Source: the human T2T-CHM13v2.0 reference genome, Homo sapiens. From it: a DNA stretch of 64,000 nt. The notes under the pieces were generated by a model. It saw nothing but the letters and a program-made list of their open reading frames with translations, was not told the origin of the DNA and did not search any database. This document shows positions 15,756 to 35,797 of the stretch, in pieces (positions within the stretch are counted from its first letter, which is position 1; every line of letters starts with the position of its first letter). The stretch lies in the NCBI RefSeq assembly GCF_009914755.1, contig NC_060925.1. One strand, 5' to 3'. Position numbers and translations under genes: made by a program.

Positions 15756-16511
15756 AAAAATAACTGTTTAGACCCCATCTCTCCCCACTGCTTGTCACAG
15801 TGGAAAGATGTCTTTTGTTGAAGACTTCACTCACTCATCTGTTTGCTGTATCTGGTGACTACCTTCCTTCTCAGTATCTCACCCCTTCAAAAAGGCTCTC
15901 TCCTGTAACCAACTGAACCTTATCTCTATCGACTCCTTTTCCTCAGCTTTTATACATACGTGAATCTCTTCCACTAAAAAAGGCATCCTTCAACCTGGCA
16001 ATCCCCTTTCAGTGCTGCCATCTTGCTCCTCCTTTGTAGTGAGCCCTTTTGAAGAGTATCTACACTTAAACCATCACCCATTCCTCACCAATCCATTTAC
16101 TTTCTGGTTCCTAGTGCCACCACTCCACTGAAACTTCCCCCAGCAAAGTCCCCCATCTCTGTTGCTAAACACAAGGGGCTACTTATTTAGGCGTCACCTT
16201 ATTTGACCATTTGGCTATATTTGACAGGACTCTCCTCTTCGAACTCTTTCCTCGCCTTCCATGTCATGCTGTGCGGGTTTTTCTTCTTGGATTTCTTTTC
16301 TTTCTAACCTTTAAATACTAGTGTTCCTTGAGGCTGTAATCTGAGCCCTCTTCTATTCATTCTTACACTATTCATTCTTCCTGGAGAATCGCACCCACCC
16401 CACAACTTTTGTACAGCATCCTCTGTAGGCTAAGGATTCCTGAGTCTCAATCCCTAGCCTTCCAAGAAAATATGAATTCTCTAGAAAGTTTAATTTAAAA
16501 ATGTATCATGT

Positions 16512-16640
16512 GGCTGGGCATGGTGGCTCATGCCTATAATCCCAGCACTTTGGGAAGCCGAGGCAAGCAGATAACTTGAACCCAAGAGTTCAAGCCTGGG
16601 CAACATAGTGAGACACTGTCTTTAAAAAAAAAAAAAAAAA
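16512..16640 (+). mobile_element. Free left Alu monomer (FLAM-like)
   Basis: Single monomer with A tail; TSD-like atcatgt. Confidence 0.85.
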
Positions 16641-17079
16641 TCATGTGATGATGACTGCTGGAAAAGCCTCCAATCCAGCACAGCAGTATTCTTAAGAGAT
16701 TCCAGTTGTTAGAGATCTGCCCTGGATTTCTTATTTTCTGGTGATTAGCTTTAGGTAGATATTAATAAATGAGGGGAAGGTACCTGGGCAGTCAAGAAAT
16801 TAGCCTTCAAAAGATATATATATGGGAAGTTATTTTTCTAATTAGTGGAATATTGGCAAGTAAAGTTTAAAGATGGAGAATGTACTTTACAGGACCTGGA
16901 AAAAGCAATTAATATATCAGCACCTAAAATGAAAACCTAAAATTCTGTAGTAATAAAAAGTGAACAATCTTTCTAAATTAATACAGAATTATTCAAATAA
17001 GTTTCTTCCAGTTTTCCATTGCCTGACCATGAGTATAGTAAATTCTCTACAAGATTGCCTTTTTTTTTTTTTTTTGGTG

Positions 17080-18110
17080 GTGGTGGTGGTAAAAAACACG
17101 TAACATATATTTACCCTCAACAACTTCTAAGTGTGTATCACAGTGTCGTTAACTATGTGTACATTGTTGTACAACAGATCTCCAGAACTTTTTCATCTTG
17201 TGTGACTAAAACTCTGTACTCATTGAACAAATCCCCATTTCTCCCTCATCAGCCCCAGCAATCACCATTCATCTTGTGTGACTAAAACTCTGTACTCATT
17301 GAACAAATCACCATTTCCCCCTCATCAGCCCCAGCAATCACCATTCTATTATACTTTATGTTCCTATGAGTTTAACTACTTTAGATAATCTGTATAAGTA
17401 GAATCATGCAGTATTTGTCTTCTGTGATTGGCTTATTTCACTTAGCATAATGTCCTCAAGGTTCATCCATGTTGTAACATATAACAGGATTTTTTTTAAG
17501 GCTGAATAATATTTATTTGTATTTATGTACCACATTTTCTTTATCAATTCATTTGTCAATGGACATTTAGGTTCCTTCCACATCCTGGCTTTTGTGACTA
17601 ATGCTGCAGTGAATATAAGTTTCTGAATATCTCTTTGATATTCTGCTTTCAGTTTTTTTGGATAAATACCCAGAAGTGGGATTACTGGATCATATGGTAG
17701 TTCTATTTTTAATTTTTTGAGGAACCTCTGTACTATTTTCCATAGCAGCTGCACCATTTTAGATTCCTGCCAGCAGTTCACAGGGGTTTCAGTTTCTCCA
17801 CATGCTCACCAACACTTGTTTCTTGTTTTTTTGATAGTGGCCATCCTAATGAGTATAAGGTGATAGCTCACTATGGTTTTGAGTTCCCTGATGACTAGTG
17901 ATGTTGAGCATCTTTTCACACAGCAAGCATGCTTGTTGGCCACTTATGTATCTTTTTTGGAGAAATATCTGTTAATTACTTTGCCCATTTTTTATTCAGG
18001 TTATTTGTTTTGATGTTATTGAGTTGCAGGCATTCTTTACATATTCTGAATATTTACTCCTCATCCAGTATATGTTTTGCAAATATTTTTCCCATTCTCT
18101 AGTTGGCCCC
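17080..18110 (-). mobile_element. 5'-truncated L1M(A/B) 3' fragment
   Basis: Minus ORF 17404..17781 resembles the L1 ORF2 C-terminus ([19 protein letters not shown]). Confidence 0.88.
17195..17346. repeat. 76-bp tandem duplication, 2 copies, 2 mismatches
   Basis: atcttgtgtgactaaaactctgtactcattgaacaaatc...caatcaccattc repeated. Confidence 0.93.
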
Positions 18111-18741
18111 CACAAGGTTGCCTTTTAACAGCCCAGGACTGTCTGTTATTTCACAGCCTTAGCTTAATCTGACTCTGGTAATTCACATCAACCCCAGCTT
18201 GATTCTTACCTAATTCCTAACTCTAGACTTAAATTTTGACTGCCTTCCCTTCCCACATTATCTTAGCTATCTTTATTGATAGCTTTACTGCCAACCCTGA
18301 TTTTCATTCCCCATGACCTCTTCTTTACTAATATTTTAGTAAATGATGATTTTAAAATAAGGCATATATTTGGCATAAAACAGGAAAAAATTATAATCTC
18401 TGTATTAATCTTAAATGTAAAAATCTGAAACAGAAGTTAAAATCTGTTTTATAAGAAGTAAATTCTTATGTTAAAATATCCAAATTTGAAAATATTCCCT
18501 TTGAAGGAATAAGAGAGGCATGCTATTTTGAATCAATGCATTTGGTGAGTGTGTAGGGAGATAGTCATAGTTGTTGTGTGTGTCCCAAAGTCTTACACCT
18601 CTTTTTGGCCCACTAATCAAACTAGAAATGTCACATGAAACTTCTTGAGTGAACTAGTAATTTTACATTTGCTAAAATAGAGCTATAATAAGTGGCTGAA
18701 TGTTCTGATTGACCACACATAATGTAGAGTTTATTTCCTAG

Positions 18742-18841
18742 CAAATAATGAAAGATCGATGGATGAATGTTGGTCATGAAGAGGAAGAACTAAAGCCATA
18801 TACTGAGCCTGATCCGGATTTCAATGACACAAAAAGAATAG
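18742..18841 (+). CDS. MARK1: MARK1 coding exon ([33 protein letters not shown]), 100 nt; end of kinase domain and CD linker
   Basis: tttcctag| acceptor, G|gtaagt donor; phase 0-1. Confidence 0.96.
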
Positions 18842-19907
18842 GTAAGTATTTAAACATGGTAAGAAGTGCTGTCCCTAGGCAACAAGTAAGAGTCCTTTAG
18901 TGTGCCAAAATAGTGTTTAAGAGTATAAATAGGAAGCAATTTTTATTTGAAAAATACTTGCATTGTCATTTTAATGATAATATGCTGAAAATTATACATT
19001 TCAAGTTCCCTAATTTGTTCCCATATATATTATGGTCTAATTCAATGTTTGACAACAGTGATATAAAACCTAATGTAAATAAATCGAATTCTTTCCTTTC
19101 AGTGATGCCCAGCAGGAGGAATGGCTGATGTAACTATCAGCACTGATCAGACTGATAAGCATCAGCGAACATAGCATGTATTTTAACCAAAGACATAGAG
19201 GCACCGAATTAAGAGTTGAACACTTTGGCTCTCCCTTTCTTTTTCCACTGTCTTAGCAATGTTTATTCTCCCTCCTCACTCGTCCTGCTACTGCCCATAC
19301 CCAACCAGAGCTCTCCTTCTAACTTGTTCTCTTCATTTCACAATCCCTTCCCAAAGCCATCATTTAGTCTCAGCTGAGTCATCTCAACTGTGTTCCTATC
19401 TGGCTTGAGGGCAGAGTGGCAGGGGAGAGCATTTTAGGGTGTTAGGAACCTGATCAGAAAAACCATGGAAATTCAAATCTCCCAAAGAAGAGTCAACCTA
19501 CTGCAAATCAGAAAGCAGAAAATTTTAAGAGATGAAAGAAACCACTTCACTAGTAGCTGAGGACGAATTGAGAGAAAGACAGAGAATTTTGTGTGTAACA
19601 AAGACTGACATGGTCTTAGACTGGACAAAGAAAGTTAGCTCAGGAATGTATTAGGCAATGAGAAATTAAGTGGGCCCATTAATATATTAACCATGATGTA
19701 GGTAATTTCTGCATGTAAAATTATCATTGTACAATATCTGTGAACATATGGTATCCGTAGGTTAATAGTCCAGAAGTTTTTAAAACTACACTTTAAATTT
19801 TCATGACTAAGTTTTCATATTCAAAGATGGCAAACTTGCCCATTTTTGTTGATTTGTTTACGAAAATAAAACCATTTTCAGAAAATTTCTCTTTTTTAAA
19901 TTTCTAG

Positions 19908-20020
19908 ACATTATGGTCACCATGGGCTTTGCACGAGATGAAATAAATGATGCCTTAATAAATCAGAAGTATGATGAAGTTATGGCTACTTATATTCTTC
20001 TAGGTAGAAAACCACCTGAA
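19908..20020 (+). CDS. MARK1: MARK1 coding exon, UBA domain (DIMVTMGFARDEINDALINQKYDEVMATYILLGRKPPE), 113 nt
   Basis: tttctag| acceptor, GAA|gtaagt donor; UBA MGF motif; phase 1-0. Confidence 0.96.
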
Positions 20021-20562
20021 GTAAGTTTTTCACCTTTTCAGATTACTGTGAATTATTTCTTGAGCTAATATATTAGTTAATATATTCTTTGTGGAATCAA
20101 AAATAATATAAAGATCCTACCCTAACATTCTTATTTATTGGAATTCAAAAATCAAGATGTTAAATTATGAACTGGTTGTATTTCTGGGTACCAAGAGAGA
20201 TTTTATGAAAGAATAGGTCTACTGTCTTTCTTAGCTCCAAGAGCCACCATTCACAGCCTGGCCTTTGAGAATGGCCTCCCACACAGCTTGTGCATCCAAA
20301 TGTAACAGTCCCACCAAAGGTAATATGGTTATTCCAAGTGTGCAGAAAAGACAGTGAGTGAAACATGAGGAAGTGATAGCATTTAAAATAAAATGTATGT
20401 CTTAAAGGATTTTTAAAAGAGGTAACTCCAGGAAAGGTTATTTGATGATATTTTGCCTTATAAAGTGTCAAGTGACTGATGCTTTCAATTGGGAATTCTC
20501 AAGGCCAGGAGAACTATAATAAGGAGATGGATTCAGGAAATAACTGCATACAAATGGTGAAC

Positions 20563-20975
20563 TATGTTAGTCAGTTTTGCATTGCTATAAAGAAGTACCT
20601 GAGACTGGGTAATTTATAAAGTAAAGAAGTTTATTTGACTCACAGTACTGCAGGCTGTACACAAAGCATAGTGTTGGCATCTGCTTCTGGTAAGGGCCTC
20701 AGGAAGCTTACAGACATGATGGAAGGTGAGGGGGAGCCAGCATGTCACATGGCAAGAGGGAACAGGTGAGAGGTGGGGGAGGTGCCACGCTCTTTTAAAT
20801 AACCAGATCTAGCGTGAACCCGTAAAGGGAGAACTTGTTACCACGAGGGCAGCACCAGGCCATTCATGAAGTGTCCACCTTCCTGACTCAAATACCTCCC
20901 TCTAGGCCCACTCCAACATTGGAGGTCACACTTCAACATGAGATTTGGAGGGGACAGAGCATCCAAACCATATCA
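20563..20975 (-). mobile_element. MaLR solo LTR (MSTA/MSTB-like)
   Basis: ttagtc...gctataaagaagtacctgagactgggtaatttataaag ... ccaaaccatatca, the MST/THE1 signature. Confidence 0.85.
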
Positions 20976-23082
20976 TGAAGCATAAAAGCAATGATTCTTT
21001 AGGAAAACAAATATAAAGGCTATACATCGAGAGTCAAGAACAGATCGCAGAGCATTAACAATTTATTGGAAGTTAGACATCTGTGGGAGGTATTTTAGAG
21101 AGAAAAAGCTGAAATTATTTATAATTCCGTAGTAACTGTTAATGGAGCAGTGCATTCCAGCTGACACATATTGAACCTTTATTGTACCAGAAACGATGCT
21201 GTGTACTGTGAATAGAAGGACGAGAAAGTCTCTGCTCTCAAGGAGCCCTTAGTCTAGAGACGAGGTGAGCAGTTAATAGTATGGTACAGTATGTGTTCTG
21301 ATTTGGGGGATGCACAGCATACTCTGGGAGCATATAGGTGGACATGTACCTACAACAGGCTAAGGTCAGACCCACCAAGGCAGGTCTGTGTGACATGTAA
21401 GAAGTAGAATTAACAGTAGCACTTGGCGACCAGTTGGAAATAAGAGATAAGAGCCCATGAGATTTCCAATATGGAAGACTGTGTAAGCACATTTGCCAAG
21501 ATAGGAAAGGTACAGATTTCAGGGGGAAGAGGGGAAGTTCAATTTGAGCTGGTTGAATTTGAGATTCCTGTTGGATGGAGCTATTAGGCATTTGGATATA
21601 AAGATCTGAATTGGAGGGAGAGATTTGAATAATTAATAGATTTGGAGTCTTCATTAGAGGGGAACACATTGCACACAGTAGTGTGCCAGGAACTGTTCTA
21701 AGGACTTTACAAATACTAATTAATCCAATCCTCCCAGTGAACCTACCAGGTAGGTACTATTATAATGGAAGAGAATCTTTAGTGGAGACATTAATAGCTA
21801 GAGATGTGGTATCAAAGAAGCCAAGTCAAGAGAATTTTAAGTGGGAAATAGTATGAATGGTTATTTCTAAAGGCTTTGAACTGAACTGTTTCTACTTAGA
21901 TTTTAAAGTACACTCCCGAAGTCTTTAATTTTCCTGTTAATTTAAATATAAAAGAAGCACTAATCTTATAAGTATATAACCATGCCACGCATGAATTTAA
22001 ATGAAGTATGAATTGTATCAAATATAAACGAATGAGGCTACTGGTAAGTAGTAAGAGCCTGAACTTCGGAGCCAGCTTCACTGGATCTAAGCACCCCGAC
22101 CCCTGCCCTACCCCAGCACAACCACTAACTATGCAACTAAGGCAATTAATTTTCTGTGCCTCAGTTTTCTTATCTATAAAATGAGGGCAATAATGTGCTT
22201 ATCTTTTAGAATCATTGAAAATGTTAAATGAATGAGTACTTATAAACTCGGAACAGCTTCTAGTGAATTATTATGTGCTTAAAAACTTGAAACAGTTTCT
22301 AGTGGATTATTATGTGCTCTGCATTAGCTGTTTATTATCATCGGTATTGCTCTGTGATTTATCATTAGTATTATCTATATATGAATTTAGATTTCCTATT
22401 GGGATGCCAGTGATTCCAACAAAAGTTTGCTGGCAGCAAACAACTTGTATGTTACAGAGAGAGGGATAGTGTGTCAACCTGCAGTTTACCATGCTGAGTT
22501 CTAAATAAATATAATTTCCTGATCAGAAACAGTAAACCAGATTTTTTTTTTGCAAATGTGGAGAAAACCAAACAAATCTATATGTATGTTTATATGCATA
22601 CATATGTGTATATACATGTGTGTATATTTAAAATTTTAGATTTTATTGTAAGTTTGAATCTCAGTGATGCCCCTTAACTTTTTTAACCTCAGTTTTTCCA
22701 TCTATAAAGTGTAGGTTAATACATCATAGGTTTGTTGTGATGATTAAATAAAGTGACATATAGAAAGAGCTTATTTAGCACAGTGCCTAGTCTATAATAA
22801 CCCATTCAGTAATTGGTAGCTGTTATTTCGTATTTTGACTAAACTAAGGATTTGTACAAGATAATACAAGATTATGAGTAGTCACTAAAGCGTATTCTAT
22901 CCAGTTCACCCCTTTTCCTGCTTGCCAACTTAAAGTTCTAGGCCCAATACTACACTGTTTTTTCAGTTTGGATTACTTCTTGTATAGCTTTAAGTCATTT
23001 AGAAAATCAAGAGTGCAGTGTTTGTGCAAACTTTTTTTTTTTTTTTTTTGCTTTAAAATCCCTGTGGTTTTTCTTCTTATAG

Positions 23083-23236
23083 TTTGAAGGTGGTGAATCG
23101 TTATCCAGTGGAAACTTGTGTCAGAGGTCCCGGCCCAGTAGTGACTTAAACAACAGCACTCTTCAGTCCCCTGCTCACCTGAAGGTCCAGAGAAGTATCT
23201 CAGCAAATCAGAAGCAGCGGCGTTTCAGTGATCATG
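23083..23236 (+). CDS. MARK1: MARK1 coding exon ([10 protein letters not shown]...[18 protein letters not shown]), 154 nt
   Basis: cttcttatag| acceptor, ATG|gtaggg donor; KVQRSIS and RRFSD motifs conserved in MARKs; phase 0-1. Confidence 0.95.
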
Positions 23237-23539
23237 GTAGGGGAAAAAGTCACATAAGTGAAGCAACACACGGGTTCTTCCCAAACTTGTGTTTTTAAAG
23301 CATTGTACATTCACGTCTCTATGTGCTTGTGTTATCTAGTTCTCACAGACTTATATTACTGAATTATAAATATAATCCCTTTTGCAGGGACTGACCTGAT
23401 TTTTGAAATCAAAATTTAATCTTCGTTCAGAGTTTAAAGCATGCAAATATGGATAATTTTAATACAGAGTTTTTGTTTGTGAGCAGAAAGTAGATCAGTT
23501 GTTTTTCAGCTCATTATGCTATTTTTAAAAAAATTATAG

Positions 23540-23733
23540 CTGGTCCATCCATTCCTCCTGCTGTATCATATACCAAAAGACCTCAGGCTAACAGTGTGGA
23601 AAGTGAACAGAAAGAGGAGTGGGACAAAGATGTGGCTCGAAAACTTGGCAGCACAACAGTTGGATCAAAAAGCGAGATGACTGCAAGCCCTCTTGTAGGG
23701 CCAGAGAGGAAAAAATCTTCAACTATTCCAAGT
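23540..23733 (+). CDS. MARK1: MARK1 coding exon (AGPSIPPAVSYTKRPQ...ERKKSSTIPS), 194 nt
   Basis: attatag| acceptor, AGT|gtgagt donor; phase 1-0; overlaps ORF 23596..23823. Confidence 0.94.
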
Positions 23734-24408
23734 GTGAGTAAATACTCTGGTATATTGCAATTTATTGTAATAACTTGTTTTAGGGTTATGTGTAAAATTT
23801 TTATCTTTCATTTTTTTAAATGATTGAAAAATTTAAAGGGAATTATAATTTAAAGAACATGCAAAAGGGACCACACTTCTCATAAATGCAAGTTAAAAAC
23901 AACAAAAAAGAATTCTTTTTTGCATGCGTTAACACTTAACCTCAACACAAAATGGTACATGAAACTTTCCTGCTTCATTTTCCTTTTTATAATGTTTATT
24001 TAATATTATATTGGCACATTTCATTTTTATTTACCAATAAGCTGTTTAATGAAGGCAGACTCAGTTAAATAATTAATTTATAAAGTTGCCTCACATTATT
24101 CACTTAAAACAGCAAACTAGAAATTATATAATGGGAACTAGAAGAAGATGCTCTCCCATAAGGCAGCAGGAAAGAATAGAGATAAGAAAATATAAAAGAA
24201 AACTAAGATATACGAAATGTAGAAATAAGACTTGGTAACATTCAGATAATAGGTGTTTTGAAAGGAAAGGGAGCAAAATGAAGGAGGAGAAATAGTTAAA
24301 GAAATAATAACAAAAAATAAAGAGGGAAGATTTCATTTTGAAAAGACCCAGAGTGACAAATAGAAGCCAGAAAGAAAACCTATTCCTGGACTCTTAAAAT
24401 AGAATTTA

Positions 24409-24740
<332 letters not shown>

Positions 24741-25094
24741 CTAGCCATGTTGTCATTTAAATATGAAGGTACAAAAACCATGTTCTTTGGCATAAAATGT
24801 CTCAACTGTTTTACTACACGGTGACCATTTGAAAACACCTTAGTTGGAGGAAGCATTCTTACGGGAAGAGAAATGAATCTAGAATGTTGCTGTAAAATAT
24901 ATAGGAGTTGAAAGTAATCAACTTACTAAAGTATTTTATGTAGTAACATAAGCAAAAAGAGGAAAATAATGAAAATTCAGAATCAAAACTCTGAATAGTA
25001 TCCAGGGCATAAGGATAGAGGTGGAGATTAAAGAAATATAAACAAACACATGCCTTGTTAGGCAGATGATAGGAGTAAGTTTAAGAAATCATTA

Positions 25095-25445
<351 letters not shown>

Positions 25446-26668
25446 TCAGGAACTTAAGGGTGAACAATGTAAGAACAAAGAATTAAAACCTTTAAACCAG
25501 CAGAAGGAAAAAAAAAAAAACCTCAGCCTGTGGACAGGAGAGAAAAAAATTACTTTAAATAGCAAATGCAAGATAAGATACCAAAATGCGCAAAATTCCA
25601 AGTGGCTTCAACTCCCTAATACCCATTATTTTATGTAGTCCACTGGAGCCTTACCTCTTTTGAATATGGTTATGTATATTTGAATATGTATGTATGATAT
25701 GATTAGATTATCACCTTTTAGTCTGTGGAACAGATGTGCATAACCACTTCAAGAATTGATGGATAAAACCACTTAGCTTCTACCTGATCTGTTTAGAAAT
25801 GATTGAACTATAATGGGGCTTAAATTTTTTTTTTTTTTTTTGCTACAGAAGCCACTATTTGCCTTAGAGGACAGTTTCCAGTGTAATCACCCCACATAGC
25901 AGAAAGAAATAATTGGTCCCGTACTTTCTACCATTTAATATTAACCTGTCATTTGACTGAACTGAGTCTTATTTTTCCATGAACATACTCAGCTTTGTCT
26001 ATCTCCATGTCTGTCTTTATGTAGTGCCCTTGCCTAAACATTCCCCTTACATTATGAAAATTCCATTTCCATAGATCATTTCAAGTCTTGTCTCCTGGAC
26101 AGAATCTTTTATGGCCAAATACTCCAAAACCCATCAGCTTTTTCAATTGCTTATCCTGTCATTTAGCTCTTAGCTGTTTATATGCTGTCTTGTTTCATTC
26201 ACTGTTGTTTTCCCATGTAAACCTTATCTCCCCAAATTTATAATCTGTTGTATATTGACACAGCAGCTTTCTCAGAGTCATTAGTGCTGAAGCATACAGT
26301 GTGTATTCAAAGCATATTTATTAAAGAAGGCATAAAAATTAAGAAATTAGTTTAAATTCAAATTAAATATGTCACACTTATTTATCATTTTTTTAAAAAA
26401 AACATAAGCGAAAAGATTTTGATAGAGAAATTCTGTTCTTAGCCACATAATACTATAATATATTGTTATTTACTGTTTTAATTTTGGTAGTTTGAGAAAC
26501 CAAAGTAATATATTTTGTTTAATTTTAGCACTATAGGAGTTTCTAAAGTGAAATTAATCATCTCCTCTTCCCTATCGATTTCCTTTTAGTCTGAACTCCT
26601 AATTATAACTAGTGCTAATCATTTAGGATTAATTCTTCTATAGGTTTTCCTTCATTAAAGAAAACATA

Positions 26669-27000
26669 GGCTGGGTGCAGTGGCTCATGACTGTAATCCC
26701 AGCACTTTTGCAGGCCATGGAGGAAGGCTTGCTTGAGGCCAGGAGTTTGAGACCAGCCTGGGCAACCTAGTGCAACTTGATTTCTACAAAATATTTTAAA
26801 ATTAGCCTGGTGTAGTTCCAGGCTAGTTCCAGCATGCCTATAGTTCCAGCTACCTGGAAGGCTGAGGAGGGAGGATGACTTGAGCCCTGGAGTTTGAGGC
26901 TGCAATGAGCTATGAGCTATGGTTGTACCACTGTGCTCCAGCCTGGGTGACAGAGTGAGAGACCCTGTCAAAAAAATAAAAATAAAAATAAAAATAAATA
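26669..27000 (+). mobile_element. AluJ element with short internal duplications
   Basis: Alu dimer; repeated tagttccag and gagctat units; (AAAAAT)n tail. Confidence 0.88.
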
Positions 27001-28278
27001 AGTGAATGTATATGTACACAGAGCATTATTTTATTTTACTTTTTTATAAAAATGAGATCATACTATGTAACATTTTAATTTATTTCACTTATAATAGTTT
27101 GGGGGTCCTTCTAGATCGGAACATCAAGATCTTTTTAATAGATGCATATTATTTCATTGGTATTAACAGATAGATATAATTTATTCAACCTTTCTTTTGG
27201 TGAAGTGTTCAGAGTTTTTCATTCTCCAGAGTGCACATCCTTATACATTTATGTTATTGGTATACTTCTATTAGAGGCATTCTCAAAAGTTCCATGTCTG
27301 GGTCTATGTGACTTCTTTTTAACCTCAGTGGCAAAGAGGCAGGCTCCTCATGCTCCTCAGTCCATGACACAGTCACCCTTGGTCTGTGCAGTCCCATCCC
27401 CACTGGCACTCACCTCACCTAAAACCTCAGCTCTGATGTGTCTTAGTATACTTGACTATGTGTATATCCTTGGAATATATACATTTAAATTTTTAATAAA
27501 TGCTACCAAAGTAATTTTCCAAATGGTTGGGATAATTTAGAGAGTAGTTATTTCTCCACAAACTCATCAACAGGATATTATCAATCTTTAACATTTTTGC
27601 CAATCTGAAGGGCAAAAAGAAAAAAAAAGTTTCCATTTGTTTTCAATTTGCATTGTCTTGTCTATTGGTGACATTGATGGTGTGGCCCACAAAACCTAAA
27701 ATGTTGACTATATGACTCTTTACAGAAAAAGTTTGCTAATCACTGCTTTAAAGCCAAAACACACAGCTTTAATACCTTTTCTTTGAGGTAATTTTTAGAA
27801 AGTACTTGAGCATTTACAATTCAAGCCCTGTAATAGTGTAAAATATTGCCTGAACAAATGAACATTTTTACCAGTGTCAGTAGAATATAATGGAAAACAT
27901 TAAATCCATTCAAATGGCATGAAATGGTCCCTTGCTTTCTGATGGAAAAAGAAATAGTGCCCATAACATCCATAGGTAATTAACAGGTGATAGTACATTT
28001 AACGTTTATAAAATCAGAATTGTCTTAGTCAATAGTAAAAGCTCTTGCTTATAAGTATGATTCTATTGACAGTATTATTTAATATTAGTTTAGTATCTTG
28101 ACTGAAGGATGATACTGGCAGATGATCTTTAAAACTGGCCAGTTGATAGCATGGGGAGAGTTTTGAGTTAAATAGTTAAATAGAATAATGGTTGGATAAA
28201 TGTTTTGGTTAGTTATCTGAGTCATCTGTTTTATTGTTCATCACCCACAACCATCACAGACTAGAAATGAAAGGAGTC

Positions 28279-28651
28279 TCTCTTAGTTCATTTTGTGTTG
28301 CTATAACAGAATACCACATAATGGATACTTTATAAAGAAAAGAAATTTATTTCTTACAACTCTGGAGGCTGGGTAGTTCAGTATCAAGATGCCAACTTCT
28401 GGTGAGGGCATTATTGCTGCATCATCCCGTGGCATAAAGTGAGGTCAAGAGGGCACATGCAAGAAAATAAGAGGGGGCCAAATATGCTTTTTATAACAAA
28501 GCCACTCTCAGATAACTAACGCACTTTCACAAGAATTCCTTTGTGAGACTAGAGCCTAATCACCTCTTATCAGCCACACCTCCCAACACTTTTGCATTGG
28601 GGATCAAGCTTCTAACACAGGAACTTCAGGAGACACATTCAAACTGTAGCA
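28279..28651 (-). mobile_element. MaLR solo LTR (MSTC/MLT1A-like)
   Basis: cttagttcattttgtgttgctataacagaatacc ... cacattcaaactgtagca; 5-bp TSD-like gagtc/gagta. Confidence 0.8.
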
Positions 28652-28912
28652 GAGTATTACTATTTGTAAGTAAGGTGCAGGAAAAACAAACTTAATATTT
28701 TCCTTCTAGAAATTCCCATCCAAAAATTATATGTGGGAGTTCAGGGAAAACCCTTGACTAGCCTAGAAACTTGGGAGCTAAGTGTTGAGTTTTGAAGACA
28801 CAAATATGTTGTGCTGTTTTTGAATCAAGAAAACAATAAAACTTGTAAAGGTATTTTCCATATTATCTATCACATGTGTGAGCAGTACAAAATATAAAAT
28901 GATGTAAACCAC

Positions 28913-29271
28913 TGTGGTATGAATCTTAGTGCCCCCTGCACCCTCTGCCAAAATTCACATGTTAAAATTCTAACCCTAAAGGTGGTAGTATTAGAAGGCA
29001 GGGCCTTTAGGAGGTGATTAGGTCATGAGGGCCCTCACGAATGGGATTAGTGCCCTTACAAAAGAGGCCCAAGGGAGCTTGTTCTACCCTTCTACCGTGT
29101 GAAATCACAACAAAAAGATGGCCATCTAGGAAGCGGGCCTTCACATGCTGAGTATCTCTGCACCTTGATCTTGATCTCACAGCCTCTAGAACTGTGAGAA
29201 ATATATTTCTGTTGTTTATAAGCCAGCCAGTTTATGATATTTTTTTATAGCAGCCCAAACAGACTAAGACA
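28913..29271 (+). mobile_element. MaLR solo LTR (MLT1A-like)
   Basis: ggtgattaggtcatgaggg...gggattagtgccctt ... gcagcccaaacagactaagaca. Confidence 0.8.
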
Positions 29272-29323
29272 TGAACGCTAAGAAAAGTATTAATCAATTT
29301 TTTTACAAAATAAAGGGAAGAAG

Positions 29324-35797
<6,474 letters not shown>

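Noticed and set aside
19102-19155. Box C/D snoRNA interpretation of gTGATG...CTGA
   Set aside because: Imperfect C box, too short, no terminal stem; kept only as a hairpin/exon candidate.
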